DNA from: Rhizophagus irregularis
Taxonomy: Eukaryota
Length of the DNA: 64,000 nucleotides
Reading direction: 5' to 3'
Assembly: GCF_026210795.1 (NCBI RefSeq)
Contig: NC_089429.1
Span: 5,456,001-5,520,000, forward strand
The first letter of the stretch is position 1. Each line of letters opens with the position of its first letter. A program made the translations under genes and the position numbers. The notes under the pieces were generated by a model that worked only from the letters and a program-made list of their open reading frames with translations, was not told the DNA's origin and did not search any database. This document shows positions 42,561 to 56,699 of this stretch, piece by piece.

Positions 42561-45500
42561 TAACGAAGTTTTCTTAGTATAATTTGAAAAAATTTTTATC
42601 GGAATAAAATGTAATTTTTTTCGTTATCGTGATAAAAATTTGTGATTTGATATCACAACTATTCGTCTCACCTTGTCACATATCACCACGTTTTACTGTT
42701 TACTATTTATCTGAGGGAACTTTTTTTGTGAAATCCTATTTGAACTGTCACTTCGATCATGTGTCAGTGCATAACGCCGGTCGAGTTCGAAGAATTTTCG
42801 CCGTTGCATTGGGGTACATAGTTATTTTTCATAGTGCGTAAAAATACTGTATATAGTCCTTCGCTTCGCTCCGGATAACAATTTTAACAAAAGGAAAGAA
42901 CAAGTGAACGACTTTTTGAAATTTTTCTTTTTTTCTTTTTTTTTTTTGAAGTAAAAAATGTAACTTAATTATAAGTCAATTTTACCTCTTCATAAATTTG
43001 CATTTTGCATCCTACCAGCTCTCGGAAATTCACCAGTAGGAAAATACTGATCGAAAAGAACATAATACCGTACAAGAGATACAGTGTATTTCTAAATTAA
43101 GTACCCGAAATAAACACATTTGGAAATTGTGAATTTGTTGCTTAATTCGTATAAGGAAAGCTTTCTGTAACCGAAAACTATGTAATAGAGAGAATATATG
43201 TTCGTGACTGTATATATATATATAAAAGCTCGCTTTGGTCCTAAGATCGGTTGGTTGGCATCGGTCTCAAGAAAGTTAAATTCCCAGACATTTTTTAGGG
43301 CAGATTAATTAATTATTGGAGATTATACTTTTCAATTGTTAATTACTGATCCCCTAATTAGTTTGTGCGGAACACTATGATGTTTTGCTATAAAATTTAA
43401 ATAAACTTAATAATCTATCTATACATGTCGTTAAGTAAAACTCTATTTCTTTTATACCTTTTTATACCATACACATTTACAGTTTTGTTTATATTACGCG
43501 TTCTTTATGATTTATTTACCAAATCACTTTATTGGTTTGTGACATTTATTACGTAGTTTTTAGGGGGTTAGCAAAAATTTTACGTTACTCCTAATATTAC
43601 TGGATAAAGATGATAATTATTATCCCTGATCGACATTTGGTACGATTATGCAATAGCAAATTTTACAGTATATGTATTTATTTATCCGTTCCGAGGAGAT
43701 TTTGTTAATTATACTTATAATAGATGGCTTTGAAAATTTGTGTAATTCAGATTTGCATTTTATAGTAGTGATTGATAGTTCCGAAGCTTTACTCATTTTA
43801 AAATTTTTAATTGGAAAAATAAAAAAAAAACCAAGAGAAAGAAAATAAGATTAAACAATAAATATACTATATATATTATCACTGATGAGAATTTGATAAT
43901 TGTGTAAATGGCAAGGGATAAATCAGTTATATCCTAGGTAGCTTTACATGATCGGCCTATCGGCCGATCATTTATCCGATCCTAGTGAAATTTTAATTAG
44001 TCAGGATAACTAATACATAAAATAAATGTTTTGTTTGCACCTGGCATATTTTTCGAATATACAAGTCTTAGTGTGCAGATTCTTATCCTAAAATGGGACT
44101 AAATCCGGTTGGGAAAATATATCGGTACACCAAATTATTAATAATAATGCAGGTTCTTGCCGGCATTATGATGGCTAAAAAAATCTAATTCTTAATATAA
44201 TTTTTATTTTAAAAAGTCATGTTTGGAATTGATATTGTAACCTAAAATATCGGTACATCTTACTATGCTTTACAGCTGATTTCACAATATGCGGGACACC
44301 CATCATTTTTACTCCATGCCGAGAGAAACTCAGTAAAATTCGGTATAGGTATAACTCATAATAAAAATAAAAACTACACCACTGTGCTCGGACCAGTGCT
44401 CCGAATCTAACAATATGGGTTTACCTTATTCTGAACTTTACCGAGTTTTACCGAATGTACCGTCGGTAACTATTAGGTGTCCCGTATATTATAAAATCAG
44501 CTGTAATTATAAGGGGCAAAGAAAAGTATCGGTACATGTTACATCGGGATACTATATACAATATCGGTACAGCGAGGTTTTTTTATCGGTACAGGCAATT
44601 ATCGGTAAATAGAAGTGACTGCATTTAGTGAGATGTATGTGTTTATATCTTTTCGCGCTTTTCATTCCGTTTGCTGTAAATTTTGTCATGAAAATTGTTA
44701 AATTATTTATTTGTTATTTATTTACTTATTTTTAGTTAATGAGTTATATATTTATTTACTTTATTTTTATGGTTGAAATAATTTTTAAATATATGATATA
44801 TTGATAATAAGGAGTATTTTTTGCTTGTAAACTTAGGGTAAGAATGCGTGTAAAAGCGAAGAAGTGTCAAGTTTATATTGTTAGGCTTAAAGAAGGAACT
44901 GGCCAATAGTTTTATTAAAGTTCACATAGATTTGTTAGGTCTATATTTTGATAGTAAAAGTTACAAAATTTTTAATAAAACTTTATAATAATAATAAATA
45001 GTATATAATATATTCACCAAAAAATCAATAATAAACTTACAATCTCTTATAAGCCATGTTTGAAGAGGTTTAAAATTTGATGTAATCGAAAAGTCAAACG
45101 TGATTAGTTTTGGATTACATAAAACCTGTTCGTTTTTACCTGTGTTGCTTCCTTTATTAACAAATAATATTTCTATTCATGTTTCTTCCTTACTGTAAAT
45201 TGGTTTCGTTTTTGACTCATACACTTAACGTCGCTAATTCCGGTAAACCGCGTAATTTTTGCCTGGGTTAGCAAGCATTAGTTGCCAAAATTAAAAAATT
45301 TCGGTAATTAATCTTCGAAAAAAATCGCTACAATCTGCAGTTATTTTTCATTTTATGATTTATTCATGATTTATTAAGTTTGATATTAAAAACTGTATCA
45401 TTTGTTTAATTATAACCAAAAAAATTCATGTATCAGTAATATCATAAAAATACCAATAACTCTCGATGAAAATTGGTATACTGAATATTTGTTTAATTTT

Positions 45501-46795
45501 CTAAGGCTTGTTTCATTTATGAAAGACGTTCATAGATTCACTAAAATTAAAGCTAGTTTAATAAATAAGTAAAAAAAAAAATCAAACGCGGCACAGTAAT
45601 TTTCGTTACAAAAACAGGCATCTCGATTAATATTTAAACTAGATTGATTATTATTTAAAACGCCTATTTACCTTATATTTGTATGCTGTACATGTTGTAT
45701 TGTCCTCCATAACTTATAATATAAACACAAGATCATGCAATAATTATTACTGAACCCTAGCCTACGCCAAAAATGTTGGTTACCCTGACCAATTTATAAA
45801 AATTTGATTTGGAGCTGCCTCCTCATTGTTAAGATAAAGTTTGATTTCACGTGAAATAACGCGTTTGATGTTTTAGATCTCACGATTGAGCGACCTGTTG
45901 TTATACTCTTAAATTATGTTGACAGGCTGTGTAAATTATTGATTGCCAATCATTCCTAAAATGGATTAATGATTTTAGAATAAAATTCCAAACAAAATTT
46001 TAGCTAACCAATTTTTATTATAGTTCAACAATTAGATGTATGATAAATTGTCAGATCTAATAGTTTATATTGTTATAATGAATTTCTTTTTCAACTAGTT
46101 CCTAAGGTAAACTTGGCAGTTAATTGTTAAGCGAAACGAGTAAAAAAAGGAACGAGTGAGTTTGCGATGATGGCTAAAGAATGTGTGACCATAGATTCCT
46201 CAGATTAGATAAGGATTGTCAATGGATACTACTGTTTATAGAGTGACAATGTTTCTTTTATGAACTAAATAAATATTTTATTACATTACACATTTTTTTA
46301 ACGAGAGGAAACAAACAACTTGAGATGCAGTTAAGCCCATCTTGTCAAAATGATCAAATAACTTTAATAAGTATCATACTCTTATTTCCTAAATCACACA
46401 TAAAATGTGGATCTTTCGCTAACGGCTGGCATCTATTTTGTCATTAAATTATACATAATCGTTCTTTCATGATCGAGAAACTCCGTTATTACTATTAAAT
46501 TTGTTAAATCTTCATTTTCAATTTTTCATTTACGAACTGACATATGCAATATGCATATATTTCGTCACATCTTACGTAATCTTATCTGGTCCCGATATGT
46601 AGGCAAAAAATGCAAATCATATGAATTGTGCGACGTCACCACCGTTTAAGGGACAAATTAATTACATATATAATATGCAATATGCGTCGCAGTTGGTATC
46701 ACTATGAAGGCGCTCCTCATATAAAATTACGGTTTTCACATAGAAGTCTGCAGTTGCCTGCGTTTAGAAGAAAAAAAAAATCAAAAAAAAATGTT

Positions 46796-48326
46796 ATGGA
46801 GCAATCAACAAGTTTTAAGCATAAAATTGATTTTTTATTATCAAACACATCATTAAGTCCATTAAGTCAAACAACGGTTAAGTTAAAATACAAAAAAAAG
46901 AAATGTAATGAATGTAATAAAAGGAGAAAAATTACAGACGAAAATCATCAGATTTGCCACATTTGTCACAAAATGAAACCGTTATTTAAACCAAGCGGAA
47001 GCAAAATCATTGATGATTTTATCAGACATACACAAATTAATTATGTTAGAAAAGAAGGAAAATTGGAATTTATTCCCTATGACCAATTCAAAAATTTAGA
47101 ATTTATTGCCGAAGGGGGATTTAGCAAAATTTATAAGGGTATTTGGAAGGATGGCCCAATTTCTAAATGGGATAATAAAAGTAATACTCGTCAATGTGAT
47201 TATACAGTTGCTCTCAAAAAACTCAATGATTCTAAAGATATCACTCATAAGGGATTGAACGAGGTACGTACAACATTCTGTTTTAAATTGATTAATAATA
47301 TTAATTAATAAAGTTTCTTATTTTAGCTTAAGATATTTTATGATTTCTCATTAAAATGGAAAGCAAGTCGAATGTATAGTTCTTACAAATATATTAGTAA
47401 TTATTTTGGAATTACGAGGGATCCTGTTACCGAAGATATTATGATAGTTATGCCATATTATAATTCAGGTGATTTGATATATTATATAACTAAAGTATTT
47501 TATGAGATTAAATGGGAAGAAAAGTTAAAAAACTTAATAAAGATAATAATTGGACTTATGAATATACATAGTGTAAATATTGTTCACAGAGATCTTCATA
47601 GTGGAAATATTTTTTTTGATAACACAAAAAGTGCAATCATAGGTGATTTGGGTATAAGTAAATCTGCAACCGAATCTACAGATGACAACAATAATGAAAA
47701 TTATGGAATTATCCCTTATATGGCTCCGGAAATTTTTCATGGACAAAAATATACTAAAGCTTCAGACATATATAGTTTCGGAATGGTTATGTGGGAGTTA
47801 ATGACAGGTAGAAGACCTTTTTGGGATCGAAATCATGACACAGAACTTATTATTGAAATTTGTGATGGTTTACGACCACCAATTGTTACAAATGCACCTG
47901 GTGATTATATTGAATTAATGCAAAAATGCTGGCATTCTGATCCAGAGAAACGACCGGATGCTTATAATATATATCAAAGTATTCATAAAATATTTAATAA
48001 TGAATGGAATAATCATTTTCGTAAGCAAGAGCCAACTAAAATTATTGAATCATCGGATATTGGACCTGTATCAATAAATGCTCCAGGTGCCATTTACAAA
48101 AGCAGACCTTTAAGTGCCATAATTAATTCTGCAATGTCTTTAAAAATTTCAAGAAAAATTTCAAGAAGTCGGTCGATAAAAATTTCAAAAAGTCGATTGA
48201 TTGGTATGGAATTATCATTCTAAGTTATATTAATAATTAAGTTCTAAATTTATATAACATCTAACATAACTTTTTTAATTTTTAGACACAGATTATATTA
48301 GTAGGGAATTGGAATTTGACATTTAA
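46796..48326 (+). CDS. TKL-like protein kinase with an N-terminal CxxC...CxxC motif
   Basis: Exons 46796-47263, 47327-48203 and 48286-48326. Motifs AEGGFSKIY, VALK, HRDLHSGNI, GDLG, YMAPE, DIYSFGMVMWE; ends YISRELEFDI*. Confidence 0.92.
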
Positions 48327-50479
48327 ATTCTGAATAAAAATTTTTTTTGGATTTCTTATTTTGATTAAGACTTGATTAAGATATATTTATTATAAGAATA
48401 ATAAGGAATAATTTAAGATTAATAATAAGATTTATCGAAAAGAACTTTAAAATAAAATATTATAAATTTAAATAAATACAGTGCATTTATTCAATCATTT
48501 ATTTGAGACTAAAGAATTACATTGTATCGAGCAGTAACAGCAAATTTATTCACAATTAAAATCAAGTGTCTCGATTGAATATTAAAAATTTTATTATTTT
48601 ATATATATTGTTATAATCCCCTTTTATGTTTAGCGAAAGAAAAATACGGCATTTGCATTAATATACATTAGTTATGTACACATCTTTAGTAAAAGGAAAG
48701 TATGTCAATTCTATCCATAAATATAATTCTCTAAAAATTTCCTTTAATGACGAGATTTAATGATTTTTTCATGTTATTTGATATATTGTTTTGAAAAATT
48801 TAATATTAATTCATAGTAATTTTAATATTCGATAATTCTGTTATGTAGGTAAATTTTCAGATGATTGTTATACCCTTCTGAGCCGCTTTCTTATGTATTT
48901 TTTCGGTTCCTATCTTGCATTAATGGCGTTCGTTTAGGAACAACTCATTAACTATAATTTTTAAAATGTTCCCAAACAGATCCCATTTCTCTTTTCTATT
49001 TTTCTTGTCACTCGATATGTTATTAATTGTAAGGGTATTCTGAACTGAGATAATAAACGTTGGGAAATTAGTGAATATAATTTAGCAGGGAAATTTGTTA
49101 TGATCAATCATACAGTAAAGGTATGAAAAAATGATTCGTATGGGGAAAATGAGTACTTAGATAATATGTATGAAAATATGAACACAGATAACTCTTATAT
49201 TTATGATTAAAAATTGAATATAGTAGTATTATTGTATATTTTTTGTAATTTATTGACCAGAAACAAATTTATTTTATGTTTAGAAAGTAGCGCTATATTA
49301 ATATTATTACTAGCGAATTTGGCTCTCCTAATATTTCTTCAAAAGCGTTCCACGATCGACCATCCCTAAAATTGGTACCCAGGCAGCACGCTTTGTTCCC
49401 TACCCGTGCATAGCATCATGTTATTCCAACAAACGTACAGTATTGAAGGGAGAAGAAGGGAGGAAAAAGAGAAAGAAAGGAAAAAAACTGGGTATAGGCA
49501 AGTGATGTTTATTAAAAAGTTTTTATATTTATGTGTCGTCATCAATGTATGAAAATCACTCCACATACTATTATTATATAACATTAGTATTTCTCTCGTC
49601 ATCCTTGCAGTTGGAACTGTCCCAATGAATTAGCCAGCATATATCGGATTGTGGTCGCAGTTAGACAAAACCGTGTGAATCACAATAAAAGTTTATTAGC
49701 ATATAATAGTTTAATAGTATAAATAGTTTAACAGTATAAATTTTCAAATCTCTCCGAATTTGTTATAGTTTTCATATTGAATTTAAATAACTTCTTTGAT
49801 TATAAATTTCATGGAACAACAATTTTTTTATTTTTCAATAAGAACTTAAAATGATTTGAAAATATCTAAACTGTGACAATAATGATGAGCAAAGTGCTTC
49901 AGAAGAAGAAAGTTTTATATTTGATCAACCTATAAAAAGACGTGTATAATGTAATATTTAAATTTTACCATGACACCTATTTACGGTACATATACACTTG
50001 CACGTGATACATATTACGGCGCAGTTACCAGTTACTGACTTTCCAGCGTAAGTGCGTAACCTTAAAAAAATGTCACGAAAAATCACGTGACTTTTTTTGT
50101 CACAACCGTCACCCCACTGCGTTCCATTTTCTATAAGTATCCGAGGGTAAAAACTTATTCGTCACACCTTATTCGTCACATGTGCGCATTTACCAGTTAA
50201 AATTATTTTATGTGAAGCCGGACAGACTATTCAACAGAACATATTCCCTCGAAAGGGAGAGTTATCCTACTTCTAGCTATCATCCATCACCAGGACGGAC
50301 CCGAACTTCTTTGAAGACGTTAGAACCAGCCTGATCCCCCTCCACTACCGAAAGAAGAACAGGAAGTTGTGATACGGCTTCTGATCCTTACACGGTTATG
50401 ACCCCGGCAAAAAGTCCCGGTCACGTGATTGTCAAACAACCCTATCATTTTCTAGTTTTTTTGCCACGCTTTTTATAAT

Positions 50480-50970
50480 AAATGGAATTTTTGAACATGG
50501 AGAAGTTATAGGCGCTTGGAATGTGAAGTAACTAAAAGAAATGAAAGAAAGATTATTGAAGCCTTAACCCATCCTCAGAGTACAATTGAAATTATTTTTG
50601 CTTATAAAAATCATAGAAGAGAAACTCCTCTCTAGAACTGGCAGACCGCTCATAATAATGACCAAAGAGATGTTCGTCATTTAAAATGATAGAAAAGTAA
50701 GCCTTCAGGAATTACATGAGAATTTTGTCAATTTAACTTCAACAGACGTTTGTAAAAAAACTTTAATTACCATCATGAACAAAGGTTTCTATGGTCGTGC
50801 TGGTTTTAAACCATTTGTTAGTGAGAAATAGGAAGAAAAGACTCGCCCGGACCAAAGAACGAAAAGGATGGGTAAATGAATGGGAACGTGTGATTTGGAG
50901 TGACAAATCCAAGTTCGACTTTAGAGTTAATGGTAAAAGATTGAGCCTCAAGAAGAATACAATGTGAGTT
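50480..50970 (+). pseudogene. Decayed Tc1-family transposase fragment
   Basis: Fragments RTGRP..., HEQGFYGR, KPFVSE.NRKKRL and EWERVIWSD(K)SKF across frameshifts. Confidence 0.75.
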
Positions 50971-52153
50971 GTTTAAAGTCACATGGTAAAATTAGAAAGT
51001 ATACTAGGAAAAGTGTTACGTGATCTGCGTGTCATATATTTATTTACCATATTTCAGGGGTCATATAGGTAGTGTTACATAAATCGTGATAAACATTCAA
51101 AAAAAGGAAATAAAATTGTCGATTATGACAACAAATTCAGTACGGTAAATTGTCCTTCGCTAACGCTTCGGACAATTAAGGAATTACTTGTTACCATTTC
51201 TAAAGGTCTCTCTAAAAATTATTTAAGTCGATCCTTTGGATTGGATTTTTATTATTAAATTTCCAATGAAGGGAATAATAAAATTACGGTAACAAATCGC
51301 TGATGTAACACGAAAATCAACGCTATTCATATCCAATCTAAATCCAATCCAATCTCAAATCCAATCCGAATTTAATCAAATAAAATGGTGTGGTAAAGTT
51401 TTTCTTTTTATATGAAAGCACTGAGTGTATTTACAAGTTCAATTGGATTGAATTTGAATTGGGTTTCCCTAATTAGATGAGATTGAATTCAAATTCGCAA
51501 GTAAATTGGATTTTATGTAACAGGATTTTTTTTTTTATTATTATATTTGTTTGGTTTGCTTGAGGAATTCTTAGGCGCTTCCATATGATAAAATCAAGAT
51601 AAAAAATGAATAATTATTTATATGATACTAATGATAGTGTATATTGTCGATCGTGGATATTTCGACATGAAGGAACAATTTCTTTTCCACGTTTGGTCTT
51701 GAATTTTGGAAATTTCAAGCTCCAAAAAGTTATAAAAAAATTCTTTGATTCTTTATTTAAAAGCCACAGTGAGATTTCGGCGAAATTTTAATACTTAAAA
51801 TTATTAAAATACGATATCAATTCACATAATCGTAAATTAAAAAAATTCAAATTCAAAGCCAAGTATATTTTTATTACTATAATTTAAGATTTTACACTTA
51901 TCTCAAAAAAAAAAAAAAATTTGAAATTTTTGATAAATATGATCCTATATAAAAGTATTATTACTAATAATTTACAAAATATTAAATATATATTTTTGTT
52001 TGATAACCTGATCAAAAATATTAAAAAATATTTATTTACATTTTAAGAAGAGAAATTATTGAAACTAAACTCTACCCTAAGAAAGTATTTTTATTAACAA
52101 AAAAAAAATTGCACTAATTCCGCCATGAATCAAAAGTATGTTTAACTTAGTTG

Positions 52154-52486
52154 TTACTGATAACTGATAAAAGGAAACTGGTCAGCTCCATAATATCCAT
52201 TTATATTTTGCTGATAATTATAGCCAAATGAATGACTGTTATTTAATATTTGCAATACCTTTTCTACTATTTTCTCTATATTATCACTATGAATATTATT
52301 TGTATTATTTTGCGATTTTGCATCATCTGGTGCTACTTCGCACTTATCGAGATGAGTTTGCATTCTTTGAGGAACAGCTCGTCGAAAATATTTTGGACAG
52401 TATTTACATCGAACATGAGGATGTGGGTTTTCATGATTACCAATTACGTCAAAGTGTTCCCAAGCTGGTTTCTTTACTTTTGGCAT
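52154..52486 (-). CDS. Small BED zinc-finger protein, paralog of 38923-39621
   Basis: AWEHF...HPHVRCKYC...RAVPQRMQTHLDKC matches HPHVKCQYC...RAVPIRMQSHL..KC. Confidence 0.78.
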   Translation of the reverse strand: MPKVKKPAWEHFDVIGNHENPHPHVRCKYCPKYFRRAVPQRMQTHLDKCEVAPDDAKSQNNTNNIHSDNIEKIVEKVLQILNNSHSFGYNYQQNINGYYGADQFPFISYQ

Positions 52487-54860
52487 TTGGTAATAGTGCT
52501 GTACTTAAAAATAAAGGTATTTTGTAATATAGATAAGAGTTAAAAATTTTGTAAGTTCTTTTTTTTTGTTTTCGTTAATTGACAGAATTTGTCAATTTAT
52601 GGATAAAAAATAATCAAAAAAGAAGTATTTATATAAACTTTACTTTTGATCAAAAAGGCGTCTGTTTGTATGATTTATGAATAAGATTGAACGCGATAAT
52701 AAAATATTTTGGTTAATTTAACCGTTAATATTTACCGTTAAACGCCAGTTAACGTCAATTAACCTTGATGACAAAACTTTAAAATCCAGATTTTTCATAC
52801 GAATCAATTACCGCATCTATAATTAGTTAAATAATAAAGTTAGAGACTTATTGTAGAAAATTAATTGTTCATTTTTTTCTTAAATCCCATTGGTGATTGT
52901 ATCATGGCTTCCTTTAAACGTTTAGTATCAAATTATTTCTTGTGATATTTATTTATTTTACAGAATATAGATTAGCCAAAAATGGTTCTTTCCATCATTA
53001 TAATTATTGATATAAATAAAGCGCACGAAACAAATGCACGAAATAATTTGGCGTTTTTTTTTTAAAAAAAATTAACTGTTAAATTAACTGTAGATCGGCA
53101 AATTTACCGTCAAAATCGTTAAATTAACCGTTAAATTGCGTTAAATTAAGTTAAATTGACCGCAATTAAATCAAATGTTAACCGTCAATTAACTGTAAAT
53201 TAACCATTGTGCGATTTAAAAAAAAAGATAAGGCCACTCAAACTTGTTTGTTTGTTTAACGTACTATTTTTTTAAAAAAAAATCTAAATTTTGATAATCA
53301 TACAAAATATGCCCCCTTAATTCCCGAATTTTTCCAAAATTTCCAAACTTTATTATTTATTTCGCTTAGTTTGGAAAAGTTTAAGAATACTGGAATTTAA
53401 AAATAAATAAAGAAAAAAAGATTCTTAGAACTTAAATTCTGTTTCTAACGCCATGAAAATTTACGTCAGAATCAATCATATATTGAAAGTGTAAATAGGC
53501 TGAACAATGTTTAGTTATTTTAATACTGTTTTTGTAGATTTCTTCTCCATTATTGACAAAAGTATAAATAATAATGATTAATCAAATGAATTAAATGAAA
53601 AAACTATACTTTAGAATCTCTGTAAATCAATATTCAAAATTAATATTAAGCGCAGCCGTGAAAATCAATGATACTCCACAGTTCCCCGTGAAATAACTAA
53701 CTCTCAAAGGATAAACCTGGGAGCACAAATTTTGAGCGGGCGGACGGACCGCGAAACTTTTTCATAAAAATAAATAGTTCCTTCGTTACACGCCGGATAC
53801 ACGAAAATGTCTAGATGATACGAATGAAGCTTTCTTGTCAGCCAAATTATAGTGTACACTAGTGGACTATTCTAATGAATAAACGTGAAATTGGAATGAT
53901 TGGTAATTACACATTCCTAATTTAGTGAATATCGATCTGTATGGTCCCAGCTAAACCGATTTAATATTCTTTCAACTTTCAAGTATCAACTAGCAACGTT
54001 TCTCACGCCAATTATAATACATCGAAAAACACGGCTCCGAGATGACTTCTGACCCCACGCATGGCATTAGTGGCAATTTGATATACACTTCAACAAACTT
54101 TTCTCACTATATAATATACTATATGGCAACAAAATAAGTTTCAAATTTAGTTCTTATAACATCACACTATTCTAATTTCAAGTTCATTTACCATTTACAA
54201 GAACATAGAAAAAGAAGTTGATAAGAGAATTTGGTGAATCTTTTCAGGTAATATTATTATCTGAGTTTTTTCACAGTAGAACTGCTTAAATTTATTTAAT
54301 AAAATGTGTTTTATGTAAAATCATGAGAATAATTTTCTCTATAGACAAGTAGGAGACTCCATCACATTCTCGTTCCGATCCTTCGAATCTTATAACAGTC
54401 TGAGACGCAGTAGCGACACTTAATCTTCCAGAATGACAAAACTTGGTTATATTAGCCAATCAATTTGGGAACATCGATTTAATGAAACAATGGCATGGAA
54501 TATCCCCTCTTGTCACATGTGCCCTGGCAGAATCTTCTGAAATGCAGAAAACCTGAAAATAAAAATACTTTGCCCATATATTTTATGCACGAAAAATCTG
54601 AAAACTGCTTTATGTATCAGGTGCCAGAAGTTAACCGACTTCATGAATACAAGGCGTTACAATGATTCCTATATGGCATGGCTGGCGAAAAAATTGTAAG
54701 TCAAACTGACGCAAAGGCGCTAATCATATTGCAGCTTATATTCTTCATGTTACATTGAAATTTATCATTTAGTTATTTGATAATAATTGTAATTTATTTT
54801 AAACGATAATTTCTTTTGATGGGTCTAGATCAAAAGACTGACAAACAAAAACGCGAATGC

Positions 54861-54922
54861 AGCGGTTTGTCCTAGTACAATTTAATATATTAATATATTA
54901 AATTGTACTAGGACAAACCGCT
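54861..54922. repeat. Perfect 62-bp palindrome with no loop
   Basis: agcggtttgtcctagtacaatttaatatatt|aatatattaaattgtactaggacaaaccgct. Confidence 0.95.
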
Positions 54923-54937
54923 TGCATCAGACTAAAA

Positions 54938-55072
54938 TGTCCTAGGTCATTATAGTCTATTGATTAATATGTACTAGGACATTATAATCTATCAATTAAT
55001 ATGTACTAAGACATAATAGTCTATCAATTAATACGTCCTAAGACATAATAAATCATTGACTAATTTGTCCTA
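54938..55072. repeat. About four tandem 32-bp repeats sharing the palindrome motif tgtactaggaca
   Basis: Units of tgt(a/c)cta(g/a)gacat(t/a)ata(g/a)tctatcaattaata. Confidence 0.85.
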
Positions 55073-55181
55073 AAGTTGGGGTCCGCTTTTCCTGTTTGTG
55101 ACTTATTGGTCAGTAAATATGGGTGTGATGTGCGCCTATTTGGTTGTCTTTAGGATGCCGAAAAAAAGGTGACGGGTAGCA

Positions 55182-55461
55182 CAGTAAATTCGTGATTAAT
55201 TTCGGCCAACACTATTTCTTAATTCTGGCCGATCTTTAGAGCATGTGATTTGGAGGATCCAGCTTGGCGCCATGGTAGCGACCTGGTAGTATCCTGGAGC
55301 TGTCATGGAACTAGTGAGGAACTGGCAAGGAACTAGAGTGATTCTATTAGTTCGCCAGTTTCAGGCCAGCTTGGATGCCAGCTTGAATGCCGAGTTATTT
55401 ATGTCAAAAGATCTGGCCGAAATTATGGAATAGTGCTGGCCAAAATTAACAAAATTTACTG
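55182..55461. repeat. Imperfect inverted-repeat (foldback) module
   Basis: aatttcggccaacactatttcttaattctggccgatcttt versus aaagatctggccgaaattatggaatagtgctggccaaaatt, plus outer cagtaaatt/aatttactg. Confidence 0.7.
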
Positions 55462-55649
55462 CGCCTTACTGCGTCATGATCACGTGTTCAGTTCCTCGCC
55501 AGTTCCAGGCACTTTCCCGTCACTTTCAAGTAACTTTTGAGTAACTTTCGAGGGCCTGGTTTGGTGGTCAGTTGGTTAGAGGATCAGAGGTGTAATTTGC
55601 ATTATATTAATCCGCCCATATATTTTCCTTCTTGATTGCCAATCTCTTA

Positions 55650-55835
55650 ATTGCCGGATGAGGCACGAAGTGCCGAATTTGCAATCCATCATCTATTTGC
55701 TAAAGATGTGTTGCAATCCATTCACTCACTTTTTGATTGCCGGTGAGGCACGAAGTGCCGATGTTGTGCCATTCTTGCAATCCTGCCTTTCGTGACCCTT
55801 TTGATTGCTGAGGATGAGGCACAAAGTGCCGAATT
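55650..55835. repeat. Three dispersed mini-hairpin repeats GGCAC-(G/A)AA-GTGCC
   Basis: At 55662-55674, 55747-55759 and 55818-55830, each preceded by ttgc(c)...tga. Confidence 0.85.
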
Positions 55836-56375
55836 AGTTCAGGCTATATTGCTTTCATACCTTTTTTCGTGTATTCTCCTGAGACTTTCTGCCTTCCCAA
55901 TCTCTTTCCTGCCTATCGGCGGTAGTACACCAAAGCATAATTTCTTATTTTCTTTCCTATATATTATTCTACTTTGGTGTACTACCAAATTTATACCCTA
56001 GTTTTCGCCCGAGCCTTCCTAGAACTCTTTCTCGTATAGTTACTACTCTGGGATACTTTGGGGTACTACTACATCGATTATTTTTAGGCATTATTATATT
56101 GATTACTTTTGGGTACTACCACTGACCCAGTGTTTTGCCAGCAAGCATATTCGCTCAAAATTATATAAAATTTTTATTTTGAACTTTCCTAGTTTCTCTG
56201 TTATTTTATACTGCTTTCTTGCATATACACCATACTTCTTGCGCAAAAAAAAAATGGCTTAAAAAATATATGAATTATATGGATAAGTACTCTTAGCTGA
56301 AATTGCCACACCTCCGCTAGAATACTTATAATATTATTTATATATTTTTTTCTCGTGCAATAATACCGGCTAACT

Positions 56376-56699
56376 TCAATTTCTATCTTCGAACTTCTGA
56401 CCTCCGATCATATAACCCGGCCTCGGATATGCCCAGAGGTGTAAATCGCTAGTCTGAATGTATCGGTCACTTTTTTCTTTCGACTTGGCGCTCCATGAAT
56501 TCCATATTTTTTTCCCGACCACAATCCATATAATTTCAAGAAGTAGTAAGGTGAGTATAGAATATATTATTATCGGCGACATCAAGGAGCTCGCAAGTAT
56601 AGGAGCAGTTGCTTTTGGTAAAGGCACCGCTTCTGCGCTACCTACAGAAATTAATTGAGACGATGGATTAAGAGCAGAAGGTTGTGATGAATCATTCAT
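56376..56699 (-). CDS. Small predicted single-pass membrane protein of the element
   Basis: Hydrophobic stretch IIIYSILTLLLLEIIWIVVG followed by KK. Its start overlaps the upstream stop (ATGA at 56699-56696). Confidence 0.55.
   Translation of the reverse strand: MNDSSQPSALNPSSQLISVGSAEAVPLPKATAPILASSLMSPIIIYSILTLLLLEIIWIVVGKKIWNSWSAKSKEKSDRYIQTSDLHLWAYPRPGYMIGGQKFEDRN

Noticed and set aside
43930..44610. Hairpin atgatcggcc/ggccgatcat and atcggtac repeats
   Set aside because: Probably transposon subterminal repeats, but no TIR or TSD could be fixed.
46628..46795. GTG-initiated N-terminal extension of the kinase
   Set aside because: This is a eukaryotic gene and ATG 46796 is the plausible start.
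53690..54720. Possible decayed non-LTR retrotransposon (RNase H/zf-RVT) remnant
   Set aside because: Only vague fragments; I could not reconstruct a convincing motif.
54938..55072. CRISPR-like array
   Set aside because: The repeats are contiguous with no unique spacers, the context is eukaryotic and there are no cas genes.
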